Of a DNA stretch of 64,000 nt, positions 9,867 through 18,950 are shown piece after piece. Numbering within the stretch: position 1 is the stretch's first letter; each line of letters begins with the position of its first letter. The translations under genes were made by a program, and so were the position numbers. This stretch comes from Deinococcales bacterium. Its GTDB lineage: Bacteria; Deinococcota; Deinococci; Deinococcales; JAAFIG01. Under the pieces are notes generated by a model. It was not told the DNA's origin. It worked only from the letters and a program-made list of their open reading frames with translations, and ran no database searches. The stretch is taken from contig JANNVX010000064.1 in the NCBI GenBank assembly GCA_031414595.1, positions 1 through 64,000 on the forward strand, given 5' to 3'.

Positions 9867-10790
9867 ATGAAGATTCAAATTTCGTTACTCGCAATGGTAC
9901 TCTGGATAGGGGCAAGCGTCGGTTTAGCGCAACAACCCTATGATGATCGCTTGCCCAAAGAAGCCCGTTTTGATCAACGCGTGACGGTCAATTTGCCATC
10001 TGGTATTGACCTCAACACCTATATCAAAGAACTTGCTGGCACAATTGGATTACAACCAATTCTCGAGAACGTCCCGCAATTAGCCGTGAACTACCCTCTG
10101 AACGATGTGAAATTCCGTGATGCTTGGAATGTCACAATGGCACTTGGTAATTTTGATTATGAATTACTGGGTAATGTGATGGTTGTTTCTGATAAAGCAT
10201 CTATTGAACGCTTGCGGGTTCTTAATGCCAGTCCAGCCTCACTTCCAACCAGCACTCCAAACGCCTTGTTGGCTCTAAATTTTACAGCCGGTAAAACCCT
10301 TGAAGGGGCCGTGCGTGATGTCGTGGCATTGGCAAAATTACAAGTCATTCCGGTCAACATCCCAAACCGCAACATTGATTACAACCTAAGAGGCTTGCCC
10401 CTGCGTTTGGCTTGGAACGTATTGCTTGCATTGGGCGCACTTGATTATTACATCGTTTCAAACGACATCGTGACCGTTGGTGCAAGTGCCGCCATTGACC
10501 TACTGCGTCCTAAACCAGCCGTGGTTGTGCCTGTGGTGATTGCACCTCCTGTAGCCGTTCGCCCAGAACTCGAGGTCTTTGTAGATACGCAAAAAGTTGA
10601 ATTTGTTGGCTTTGTGCTTTCTTCAGAAGTACGCAAGGCGGTGTTTCGCACTGCCCAAGGAATCAAAGTGGTGGCGGTTGGCGGTTCGCTGGTCAAAGAC
10701 AGCAAAGTAGTCTTACGTTCATTCTCAGAAACAGAAGCGGTTCTCGCATTGGGCGATCAAACCATTACACTCAAGTTACAAAAACCATAA
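9867..10790 (+). CDS. Exported pilus accessory protein: two secretin N0-like domains plus PilW-like C-terminal domain
   Basis: Signal peptide; N-terminal part aligns by eye with the PilQ N-terminus and C-terminal part with the PilW C-terminus. Confidence 0.75.
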   Translation: MKIQISLLAMVLWIGASVGLAQQPYDDRLPKEARFDQRVTVNLPSGIDLNTYIKELAGTIGLQPILENVPQLAVNYPLNDVKFRDAWNVTMALGNFDYELLGNVMVVSDKASIERLRVLNASPASLPTSTPNALLALNFTAGKTLEGAVRDVVALAKLQVIPVNIPNRNIDYNLRGLPLRLAWNVLLALGALDYYIVSNDIVTVGASAAIDLLRPKPAVVVPVVIAPPVAVRPELEVFVDTQKVEFVGFVLSSEVRKAVFRTAQGIKVVAVGGSLVKDSKVVLRSFSETEAVLALGDQTITLKLQKP

Positions 10791-10806
10791 TTCTCGAGGT
10801 ATAGTG

Positions 10807-12357
10807 ATGAACATGACAAAACTCAGAAACGTACTTCTGGTCGCTTTTTTCGCCCTCTCGAGTTTATGCGCCCCAGCCTTGGGACAACGAATCACCAATG
10901 ATCGCTTCCCCAATGACGCACGATTTGACCAATTGGTAACGGTAGACATTCCTAGCAGTGGGATGGAATTATCACAGTACCTACGTGAACTTGCCAGCCT
11001 AGTTAAACTCCAAGCCACCACTGAAGGTATTGCTGCTAAGAATGTGTCGTATAACTTCAAAGCCATTCCATTTCGTCAGGTGTGGAGCATGGTAGTTTCT
11101 TTGAACAACCTTGATTACGAACTCCTGCCTAATGATGTGGTGGTGGTTGGTCCTCCAGAAGTGGTGCAGAAATTCCGTCCACCCGCCCCTGTTCAAACCG
11201 TAACCCCAACCAATACCACGCCAGCCGCAGTTTTGGTGGTTAAAACTTACGAAATTAAGTCCAACGCCGAAAATATCGCTAAGGCACTCAGCGCCCAATT
11301 TACCGATGTAAAAATTGTGCCTGTGGTCGGAACAAACAAATTGGTGATTACTGCCACACAAAGTCAGCACACTGATATTGCCGCGTTATTGGTACAAATT
11401 GATATTGCCAACACAGCACCCGTCGTGACCGATAGCTCAAGAATTGTACAGGAATTGTATGCGGTATCTTTTGGTAAGGCTTCTCGTTTAGCCGATATTC
11501 TAAAGCAATTGGTGGCAGGACCCACCACCACAGGCAATACAACCACTGGAACAGCCGCACCAAACGCTGTCGCAGTCCAAGCAGTTCCTAATATCAGCAT
11601 TGTTGCCGATGACACCTCAAACACACTGATTATTCGCGGACCTGAAGCCTCGATAGCTGGATTAATTGCCTTGGTGCAAAAACTTGATAAACCACAGCAA
11701 TTGGTCAACATTGGGATTCGGATTCAAGAAAATAACGATTCTGCAACCCGTTCATTAGGTGTTGATTGGAAAAGCATCGGGCTTGGTAACTTCTCTGGTT
11801 CGATTATCGGCGGAGCGCTAAACTTTGTGGCAGACGCAACCAATAGCTTGGCTGGGTTAAATGTGACGGCTGCTTTGAACGCCCTCGAGACCCAAGGCTT
11901 ATCGCGCCGAATTAACGACACAACCCTGACCGTTCTTAACAATGGAACTGGCTCTGTTCGTTCTGGTGGTCGAATCGAATTAAGTATTCCTGGAACAGCC
12001 ACAAACATCAACAAAACCCTGACATTTGGTGTGAAAATTGATGCTTCGCCAACCATTGCCGCCGATGGCAGCATTACTCTGGATCTGAATGCTGAAGTGA
12101 GTTCGGTTCAAAATGCAGCCAATCCAAACCCAAACCGTATTGATTTTGTGGATAACACCGCTAAGTCCATTGTTCGCTTGAAGTCTGGACAAACACTCTT
12201 ACTGGCAAGTTTACTCGCCACAACCCAAGACACAACCACCTCGGGAGTGCCAATTCTGAGTGCAATACCTCTGATTGGTGATTTGTTCAAGACCACCAAA
12301 ACTCAAGATGACCAAAAGCAACTTCTGGTTGTGATTACAGCCGACATCATCAAATAA
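10807..12357 (+). CDS. pilQ: Type IV pilus secretin PilQ
   Basis: Signal peptide; N-domains (IVADDTSNTLIIRGP...LVQKLDKPQQLVNI); secretin C-terminal signature GVPILSAIPLIGDLFK. Confidence 0.9.
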   Translation: MNMTKLRNVLLVAFFALSSLCAPALGQRITNDRFPNDARFDQLVTVDIPSSGMELSQYLRELASLVKLQATTEGIAAKNVSYNFKAIPFRQVWSMVVSLNNLDYELLPNDVVVVGPPEVVQKFRPPAPVQTVTPTNTTPAAVLVVKTYEIKSNAENIAKALSAQFTDVKIVPVVGTNKLVITATQSQHTDIAALLVQIDIANTAPVVTDSSRIVQELYAVSFGKASRLADILKQLVAGPTTTGNTTTGTAAPNAVAVQAVPNISIVADDTSNTLIIRGPEASIAGLIALVQKLDKPQQLVNIGIRIQENNDSATRSLGVDWKSIGLGNFSGSIIGGALNFVADATNSLAGLNVTAALNALETQGLSRRINDTTLTVLNNGTGSVRSGGRIELSIPGTATNINKTLTFGVKIDASPTIAADGSITLDLNAEVSSVQNAANPNPNRIDFVDNTAKSIVRLKSGQTLLLASLLATTQDTTTSGVPILSAIPLIGDLFKTTKTQDDQKQLLVVITADIIK

Positions 12358-12370
12358 ACCAAGCACCAAC

Positions 12371-12399
12371 AAAATGCCCCCAAGTTTGGGGGCATTTTT
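12371..12399. terminator. Bidirectional Rho-independent terminator
   Basis: AAAATGCCCCCAA-GT-TTGGGGGCATTTT inverted repeat between convergent pilQ and DUF790 genes. Confidence 0.85.
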
Positions 12400-13639
12400 A
12401 TATTGGGTGAACCAAGGAATTCGGCAAGCGTTCGGCGAGTTTCAGCACATTTTTAGGCTCGAGAACTCCTTTGAACCAAATAATTTGATTGTTGTAGCGC
12501 TCGAGTTTTAGGGCGGTTTCTTTGCCTAAATTCAGGCGTTGTGAAACTGCCAAAATCAAATCTGGGCGCTCGGAGGCTTGAATTTTTCGCAGTTTGCGTT
12601 CTAAATACTCGGCTCGCCAGTAGCCGATAATCTCAAGTAAAAGGCTGCGCCCGTCTGGGTGAACCAGCCTAAAATCTGGAATCATGACTGTGCCGCCTAG
12701 GTCTACAATGTCTACTTCACGCTCGAGTTGCCAATCGGTTTGGGTAAGTGCAAAACGACTGGCAAAAGATTGCTCGAGCAAACTGTCAAACATTTTTCCA
12801 GCGCTGTAATGTGATTTTAAGGTTGTGCTGTCGTTCAAAACGTATTCGGCTTCGTCCCTAGAACCATCGTAATGGCGCACTTGGATTTTACTTTGTAATG
12901 TCCATTTGGAAACATGCAGCAGGGCGGGTAAAAACTTGGCAAAAGCGATGCCATACCGTGTGCTGGGTTGAAATAAACTCGAAGGACCATCGAGCATAAT
13001 GGTGTAGCCTGCATCTGGATCGCCGTTAATACGGTGCATTAAACCAAAGAGTTTTAGGTATTTGAACAACAGCTTGTACTGCCCGGGGTTGTTGCGGTGG
13101 GCTGTCACAAGCAATTCTGAGGCACGGTACAAGATACCTTGGGCTTGTGCAAGGTTATAGCGCGTCAGCAGCCATTCTGGAGTCGGGGCAGTAAAGGCAA
13201 TAATTTGGGCTTCGCGCAAGTCGGCGTACAGGCTTTGTTCTAGGTTGACTCGAGTAATGGGTCTGGGTAAACCTGCGCTGAGTGTTGTTGCTACCATCTC
13301 GAGGGTTTGAGCGGCAGTGGCTAGGCTTGGGCGGTGCTTGGCTGCCATGGCAAAGACTTCGGCTCGAGCTACTGCGGGTTCAATACTGCTTTGGGCGCTA
13401 AATTCACAACTTTCGGAGTACAACAAATGGGCTAACCCTCGGCGAACTCGGTAATCGGTGCTGTCGGCTGTATCCGCCTCGAGTGCTTCGTCTAGATCAC
13501 GTCTTGAACGCCCATGATGCACTTCAAATAACAAAATAATGCCTCGAGCCAATTCGAGGTTATCGGCACTTAGCTCGAGGGCGTGGGGGGTAATAATGCC
13601 ACCACGAAAAACATTGATTAAAAATTCGGTAGGTAGCAC
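12398..13639 (-). CDS. DUF790 (Bax1-like) endonuclease family protein
   Basis: MLPTE start, LYADL, RYNLAQAQGILYRA, LDGPSSLF...RYG, FDSLLEQSFA and IPDF...LEIIGYW PD-(D/E)xK-like motifs. Confidence 0.85.
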   Translation of the reverse strand: MLPTEFLINVFRGGIITPHALELSADNLELARGIILLFEVHHGRSRRDLDEALEADTADSTDYRVRRGLAHLLYSESCEFSAQSSIEPAVARAEVFAMAAKHRPSLATAAQTLEMVATTLSAGLPRPITRVNLEQSLYADLREAQIIAFTAPTPEWLLTRYNLAQAQGILYRASELLVTAHRNNPGQYKLLFKYLKLFGLMHRINGDPDAGYTIMLDGPSSLFQPSTRYGIAFAKFLPALLHVSKWTLQSKIQVRHYDGSRDEAEYVLNDSTTLKSHYSAGKMFDSLLEQSFASRFALTQTDWQLEREVDIVDLGGTVMIPDFRLVHPDGRSLLLEIIGYWRAEYLERKLRKIQASERPDLILAVSQRLNLGKETALKLERYNNQIIWFKGVLEPKNVLKLAERLPNSLVHPI

Positions 13640-13708
13640 AGGGCTATTATGCCAGAGAAACGAGGTTTTGATTTTAAGGGCGTTCTGTGTCTCGAGTCCG
13701 ACAGCGCT

Positions 13709-14251
13709 CTATGTTTCGAGTCCAATGGCAAAAATTTCCGAGTCTCGAGTCAAAAGCTGTACCCTTGGCAATGGAAGTAACGCAGGACCAGAGACACTTT
13801 TGCCTGCCATTTCAGGGTCAAAAGCACTAAAATGACAAGCACACCCAAGCACTGGATGCTCAAATTCTGGACGGTACTTGTATGCCATGGCAGTAATTTC
13901 TGGGTTTTTGATGTACTCAACGTTACAACGCAAATGCGTGCAATTTCTGGATAGGGCGATAAAGTGCTTGCCTGAAATACTAATCCCACCAATTTGTGGT
14001 TTTTGTACCCGTACCAAAATAGCTGGAGTTGAACCGATTTTGAACTGCACCGCATCCCAGATTTTAGGTAAATCGGAGACTCGAGCCACTCGGACTTTAG
14101 GGGCTGCCACAAATTTGGGGGTGCTGCTTGGGGCAGGTTTACCGACTAAAATATTCCATGACCGAATGCCCAGCCAAGTAAAAAAACTCGCCACACCTGC
14201 AACAGGTGCGACCCACCAATACTCGAGGATTTTACGACGGGAAAGGGGCAT
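13709..14251 (-). CDS. Rieske [2Fe-2S] protein with twin-arginine-like N-terminus
   Basis: CTHLRC and CACHFSAF motifs, GPALLPLP, SRRK near the start; ATG 14251 preferred because the upstream extension is a heptamer repeat. Confidence 0.8.
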   Translation of the reverse strand: MPLSRRKILEYWWVAPVAGVASFFTWLGIRSWNILVGKPAPSSTPKFVAAPKVRVARVSDLPKIWDAVQFKIGSTPAILVRVQKPQIGGISISGKHFIALSRNCTHLRCNVEYIKNPEITAMAYKYRPEFEHPVLGCACHFSAFDPEMAGKSVSGPALLPLPRVQLLTRDSEIFAIGLET

Positions 14252-14299
14252 AGAGGCAAAAGGCGACAAGGCAAGGGCGAAGGGCAAAGGTAGAAGTAT

Positions 14300-15442
14300 T
14301 CATGGTTTTAGACCAGTCACGAATTTGATGATATTTTCTAGGTCTTTTCCTTGGATGTTTTTGAAGGCTGGCATTTCTTGGTTGCTCGAGCCGTTGGCTA
14401 GTTGCTTTTTGAGGAAGTCTGGGCTTCTGGCTTTTGAGGAAGTTTTTAAGTTTGGTCCAACCAGTCCTTGGGCTTCTGCGCCGTGGCAGCCAGCGCAGCT
14501 TTGGGCAAACAGTTTTGCACCGGGGTCAGCTTCACGTAAACGTGTTTTAGCGGCGGCAATTAAGTCTGGAATTCGTGCGCCAAAGGCTTTATCCTTATTG
14601 ACTTTTAGAAATTGTTCCCATGCAGCAATTGCCCCTTTAGGGTCGTTTTTAGCGCTAAAACGAATGTTGCCAATCGTTAGCCACGCTTCGGCATTACCGA
14701 GTTTTGCGGCGGTCTCGAGTAAGGTCAGGGCTTGGTCGTAATCGCCATTAAAAAAAAGAATCTGTCCGTAACGTGATAAAGCATGGATATTTTCTTGGCT
14801 CGGTTTGGTTGGTTGGTTCTTTTTGGCTGTGTCGGTGAATTGTCTTAAAGCTGCTCCGTAGCCTTTGGCTGCATCTTCAAAACGGTCTAACTCCCATGCC
14901 ACATCGCCGTATTTCATCAGGGTCTCGAGTGAAAATTCTAAGCGCCTAGCTTCGGGTAGGGTTTCGTTTTTCTTAGAGGTCTGGTTCAGTTCTGCCGCCA
15001 GTTTAAGGAGTTCTTTTTGATTGGCGTAAAGCTCACGTTCGACTGGTCTAAGGGCTAAATTCTCGAGGGCTGGAACTGCGAAGGCACTTAAACCCCCGAG
15101 TAGTACAGCCGTTAAGGTAAATAATAAGATGCCACCACGTAAACTGGCTCGAGATGGATTTTTAACTGGTGTTTCTGCTGTGGCTTCGATGACTTGCAAA
15201 ATTTTAGCGGCTCGAGTTTCGTCACGCAAGCGAAAACGTTCATAATCTTGGGTGTTGATTTCGCTCTGCTCTTGTTGTCGTTCAAGTTCTCGAATCTGGG
15301 CGTACACAGCGTTTAATTCTTCCTCGAGTTCATCTTTTTTGGTTTTTACACGAATCTGTGCCGAATTACCGCGCAAAGGCAGTAGTGCAAAAACAGCCAG
15401 TAAAACAGCCACCAAGCCGAGCAAAACAAACCACGGAATCAT
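14300..15442 (-). CDS. ccmI: CcmI/CycH-like TPR protein with C-terminal c-type cytochrome domain
   Basis: TM-coiled coil-TM, TPR-like helices, C-terminal CAGCH heme motif and distal MPAF. Confidence 0.8.
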   Translation of the reverse strand: MIPWFVLLGLVAVLLAVFALLPLRGNSAQIRVKTKKDELEEELNAVYAQIRELERQQEQSEINTQDYERFRLRDETRAAKILQVIEATAETPVKNPSRASLRGGILLFTLTAVLLGGLSAFAVPALENLALRPVERELYANQKELLKLAAELNQTSKKNETLPEARRLEFSLETLMKYGDVAWELDRFEDAAKGYGAALRQFTDTAKKNQPTKPSQENIHALSRYGQILFFNGDYDQALTLLETAAKLGNAEAWLTIGNIRFSAKNDPKGAIAAWEQFLKVNKDKAFGARIPDLIAAAKTRLREADPGAKLFAQSCAGCHGAEAQGLVGPNLKTSSKARSPDFLKKQLANGSSNQEMPAFKNIQGKDLENIIKFVTGLKP

Positions 15443-15927
15443 AGGTGGGTACTTGCCCCGCTTCCTGCCACATGCCCCGCACTATCATGGCTGCGGTCAC
15501 GTTGCGCCTCGAGTTGCCTACGCACTTGCTCGAGTGCGGCGGGGTTGACTTCTTCGGGGTTTTGATGGCTTGAGCGCTTTAAGTAATTCCACAACACAGC
15601 CCCACCAATCAACAAGACCAAAACTGGCAAAATCCATACCAACATATTCACCCCTTGAAACGGTGGTTTAAGCAGCACCGTACTGCCATACTTCCCTGAA
15701 AAATAGGCTTTGATTTCGCTTTCAGATTTTCCTGCTTTGACCTGAGATTTGACTTCGGCAAGCATACTGCGGGCAAAATCTGATGGACTTTCGGTGATGG
15801 CAGAGCCACCACAGACAGGGCAACGCAATTCATTGCCGATTAAACGTGCTTTATTCTCGAGTTCTAAATCGGTTTGTGCCAAGGAAATCGAGAGGAAAGA
15901 GAAAAGTAGAAAAAAAAGAAATTTCAT
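15439..15927 (-). CDS. ccmH: Cytochrome c biogenesis protein CcmH
   Basis: LRCPVC motif, YG..VLLKPP and C-terminal TM. Confidence 0.9.
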   Translation of the reverse strand: MKFLFFLLFSFLSISLAQTDLELENKARLIGNELRCPVCGGSAITESPSDFARSMLAEVKSQVKAGKSESEIKAYFSGKYGSTVLLKPPFQGVNMLVWILPVLVLLIGGAVLWNYLKRSSHQNPEEVNPAALEQVRRQLEAQRDRSHDSAGHVAGSGASTHL

Positions 15928-16466
15928 TCGACCCCCAGCAGTTTTAAGCCAGCCTCGAGTTCAGCGCGTTCGATTGGCTTAGGGTAATGTTTTTTTACCA
16001 CACCATTGGAGTCAATAAAAAAGGTTTCTGGAACACCAAAAAGCGCATATTTGACACTGGTACGCCCAGCATCGCTCGAGTCATCCATCATAATAGGAAA
16101 ACCAAGGTCAAACTGATTGGCAAATTCACGGGCTTTGTCTTCTTTGTCATTATAAGCAATACCCAAGAAAATTACGCCTTTTTTGCTGTATTCAATTGCT
16201 GCCCTCGAGAACATTGGAGCTTCGTCTTTACACGGCACACACCAAGAAGCAAAGAAATTTAAGACCACGGGTTTACCCTTAAACTGCTCGAGTTGAATGC
16301 GCCCACCGTTAATCAAGGTCAGGTCAAAACTTGGTGCGGGTTTTCCCTCGAGCGCGGCAGTGCTTTTGTTACCCGGCTGCGTCGGTGTGAGCAAACCACC
16401 AAGCAGCACTGCCAAAACAGCGACAATCACTGCGCCAATAATAATGTTCCGAACGGCTGTGTTCAC
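15924..16466 (-). CDS. ccmG: CcmG/TlpA thiol-disulfide oxidoreductase
   Basis: LNFFASWCVPC and GVPETFFID motifs; N-terminal membrane anchor. Confidence 0.9.
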   Translation of the reverse strand: MNTAVRNIIIGAVIVAVLAVLLGGLLTPTQPGNKSTAALEGKPAPSFDLTLINGGRIQLEQFKGKPVVLNFFASWCVPCKDEAPMFSRAAIEYSKKGVIFLGIAYNDKEDKAREFANQFDLGFPIMMDDSSDAGRTSVKYALFGVPETFFIDSNGVVKKHYPKPIERAELEAGLKLLGVE

Positions 16467-16478
16467 ATTTTCTCCTAC

Positions 16479-18440
16479 TTAATCAGCAGCGACCATTTCG
16501 CTTTGTTTCCTCAAAGTTTGCACCTGTACGGCTGGGATTAGGGTTAAACCCGCACCAATCACAATAATTAAGCCACCGAACCAAATCCAAGAGACCAAAG
16601 GGCTGTTAATAAATTTTAGGGCAACTTGGCTGCCTTTTTCGTCAGCCGATAAGAAAATCACATAGAAATCGCCTAGGAAGTTGTACTGCACGGCGGGCGT
16701 AGCCACGTTCATCTGTTGGGTTTTGTACTGGTTTTGGGCTGGAAAAAAACTCTGACCATCCAAGAGAATTTCGGCAGCATTGACAAAGCGGTCTGGCTGT
16801 TCTTCGCCAGCCAATCGCAAATAGGTGATGTCATGCCCAAGGACGGTCTTGTTCTCGCCGATTTTGAAGCTGACTTCTTGTTCGGTTTTGTACGCACCAC
16901 TAAAAGCAATACCAAGCGCAATCACGACCACACCAAGATGAGCAATGTACGCGCCGTAACGACGCGGAAAGGCGTTCACAAGGTCGCCAATCGCGGCTAA
17001 CCACGATTGCCCAATGGCTTTTTGGCGGCTGCGAATGGCTTTGTCGGTCAGGCGCACCATCACAAAAATGTTAAAGAACGCCAAACCAACGGTTAGCACC
17101 ACCGACCACTCTCGAGCGCCCAGAATAAACGCAATCACTGCCATAAAAAGCGCCAGAATTGCGGGGATGGTCAGACTTTCGCGTAGGCTTTCGCCAGTGG
17201 CGCGTCGCCAACCTAGGGCGGGTCCAACGGCTTGGAGTGCCAAAATACCCAGTCCGAGCGGCACACCAACCGCATTAAAAAACGGTGGTCCAACCGAAGA
17301 TTTTGCACCTGTGAAGGCTTCAACAAAGACTGGAAATAATGTACCGATTAAAACCATCGCGGCGTAACTCGAGAAAAGTAAATTCCCAAATAAAAACGCC
17401 CCTTCTCGAGACACGGGACTGTCCAATTGGTGTTCATCACGGATTAAATGCAGTTTTTGATAGCCAATGCCAAGCGTTAAAACCAGCACAATCACCAAGA
17501 ACCCAAAGAACACTGGTCCGATTGCTCCAGCCGCGAACGCATGAACACTCTGGACAATACCGCTACGGGTTAAAAATGTTCCAAGCAGCGTGCTGGTGAA
17601 TGCCGCCACAATCAAACCCATATTCCAGCCAACCAGCATTCGGCGGCGTTCTTGAATTTGCAGGCTATGAATAAAGGCTGTGGCAAAAAACCACGGAATG
17701 ACGCTGGCGTTCTCCACAGGATCCCATGCCCAGTAGCCACCCCAGCCTAGCACTTCGTAACTCCACCAACCACCAGAGATAATCGCAGCGCTTAAAAATA
17801 TCCATGCGGTGGTTGTCCAACGCCGTGTTTGCACCAACCACGCCTCACCGACCCGACCTGTTAAAAGGGCAGCCATGGCGTAAGCAAACGGTACGGTCAA
17901 ACCAACAAAACCAATGTACATCAGAACCGGATGCACCGCCATCATCCAATGGTTTTGCAGCAGTGCATTTGGACCGCGACCATCTTGCGGTGGAATTGGC
18001 ACTTCAATAAATGGGCTGCCGACACTGGCATTGACCCCCAGAAAAAACGCCAGCACAAAAAACATGATTGCCAAGGCATATGGACGAAGCGCATCAGGTT
18101 TTGCGACCCATGCCAGCACCGCCGTAAAGACCGCTAGAATCCACGCCCAAAGCAGTAAACTGCCCTCGAGCGCTCCCCATAAGCTGACAATTTTGACCCA
18201 CAATGGACTGGTACTGACACTGTGGTTTGCCACATAACGCACCGAAGTATCGTTGGTTAAAAGCGCCACCCACAAAATCGCCAAGCCAGCACTCGAGAAT
18301 AAAAGGGTAATCCCCGCCGTGCGCCGTGCTGTTAGCTCGAGACGTGCATCTAAGGTTGTGGCTGCTCGCCACGCAGTAATTAACCCAAAAACACAGAAGA
18401 CAAGGGCAGTTAAAACCGTAATTTCACCAATCCAACTCAT
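16479..18440 (-). CDS. ccmF: Heme lyase CcmF
   Basis: WGGYWAWDPVENAS motif, HPVLMYIG and SVHAF; many TM helices. Confidence 0.95.
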   Translation of the reverse strand: MSWIGEITVLTALVFCVFGLITAWRAATTLDARLELTARRTAGITLLFSSAGLAILWVALLTNDTSVRYVANHSVSTSPLWVKIVSLWGALEGSLLLWAWILAVFTAVLAWVAKPDALRPYALAIMFFVLAFFLGVNASVGSPFIEVPIPPQDGRGPNALLQNHWMMAVHPVLMYIGFVGLTVPFAYAMAALLTGRVGEAWLVQTRRWTTTAWIFLSAAIISGGWWSYEVLGWGGYWAWDPVENASVIPWFFATAFIHSLQIQERRRMLVGWNMGLIVAAFTSTLLGTFLTRSGIVQSVHAFAAGAIGPVFFGFLVIVLVLTLGIGYQKLHLIRDEHQLDSPVSREGAFLFGNLLFSSYAAMVLIGTLFPVFVEAFTGAKSSVGPPFFNAVGVPLGLGILALQAVGPALGWRRATGESLRESLTIPAILALFMAVIAFILGAREWSVVLTVGLAFFNIFVMVRLTDKAIRSRQKAIGQSWLAAIGDLVNAFPRRYGAYIAHLGVVVIALGIAFSGAYKTEQEVSFKIGENKTVLGHDITYLRLAGEEQPDRFVNAAEILLDGQSFFPAQNQYKTQQMNVATPAVQYNFLGDFYVIFLSADEKGSQVALKFINSPLVSWIWFGGLIIVIGAGLTLIPAVQVQTLRKQSEMVAAD

Positions 18441-18449
18441 GCAAACCTC

Positions 18450-18707
18450 TTATTCATAATGAAACCGACATGACGCAATAAATAATTGCTCTCCTCGGAC
18501 TTGATAAATAATTCTGTGTTCATCTGTTATCCGCCTTGACCAAAAACCTGCGTAATCGTACTTGAGTGGTTCGGGTTTTCCTGTTCCTGTAAAAGGGGTT
18601 CTTTTAATTTCCCCAATGAGTTGATTGATTTTTTTAATTAGCTTTGGTTCATTTTGTTGAAACCACAAATAATCTTCCTAAGCAATTTGCGAAAACTCGA
18701 GATTCAT
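18450..18707 (-). pseudogene. yoeB: Txe/YoeB toxin gene interrupted by in-frame TAG at codon 10
   Basis: ATG 18707 overlaps the antitoxin stop; reads MNLEFSQIA*EDYLWFQQ...GTGKPEPLKY...WSRRITDEHRIIY...CRFHY. Confidence 0.85.
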
Positions 18708-18943
18708 AAATCTGCAAGATTTTTCTGAATTGTCTGTCCAGCTTTTATCTGCCTAATTCCCTCGAGAACCCGCGCTGCATTAACAGGATTACTCTTAAGA
18801 TACAGTGTTTCTTGCAAAGAATCCCATTCTTTTTTGGACATCACCACAAATTCTTCGCCCACCGAATTGACCAACAATGCCGAGCTTTCAACCTGACTTA
18901 AGACACTATCAAAACTTGGTTGTTCAACATGAATCGTAATCAT
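18704..18943 (-). CDS. yefM: Phd/YefM-family antitoxin
   Basis: VVMSKKEWDSLQETLYLKSNPVNAARVLEGIRQ is the typical YefM C-terminus; upstream of yoeB. Confidence 0.85.
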   Translation of the reverse strand: MITIHVEQPSFDSVLSQVESSALLVNSVGEEFVVMSKKEWDSLQETLYLKSNPVNAARVLEGIRQIKAGQTIQKNLADL

Positions 18944-18950
18944 AACCCTC

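Noticed and set aside
13878-14741. 287-aa plus-strand ORF and the many other overlapping ORFs in the track
   Set aside because: Antisense or alternate-frame shadows of well-supported genes, with no motifs of their own.
18678-18680. Pyrrolysine or genome-wide TAG recoding
   Set aside because: TAG acts as a normal stop elsewhere (e.g. fabH, dppC-like gene) and no pyl genes are present; a nonsense mutation is simpler.
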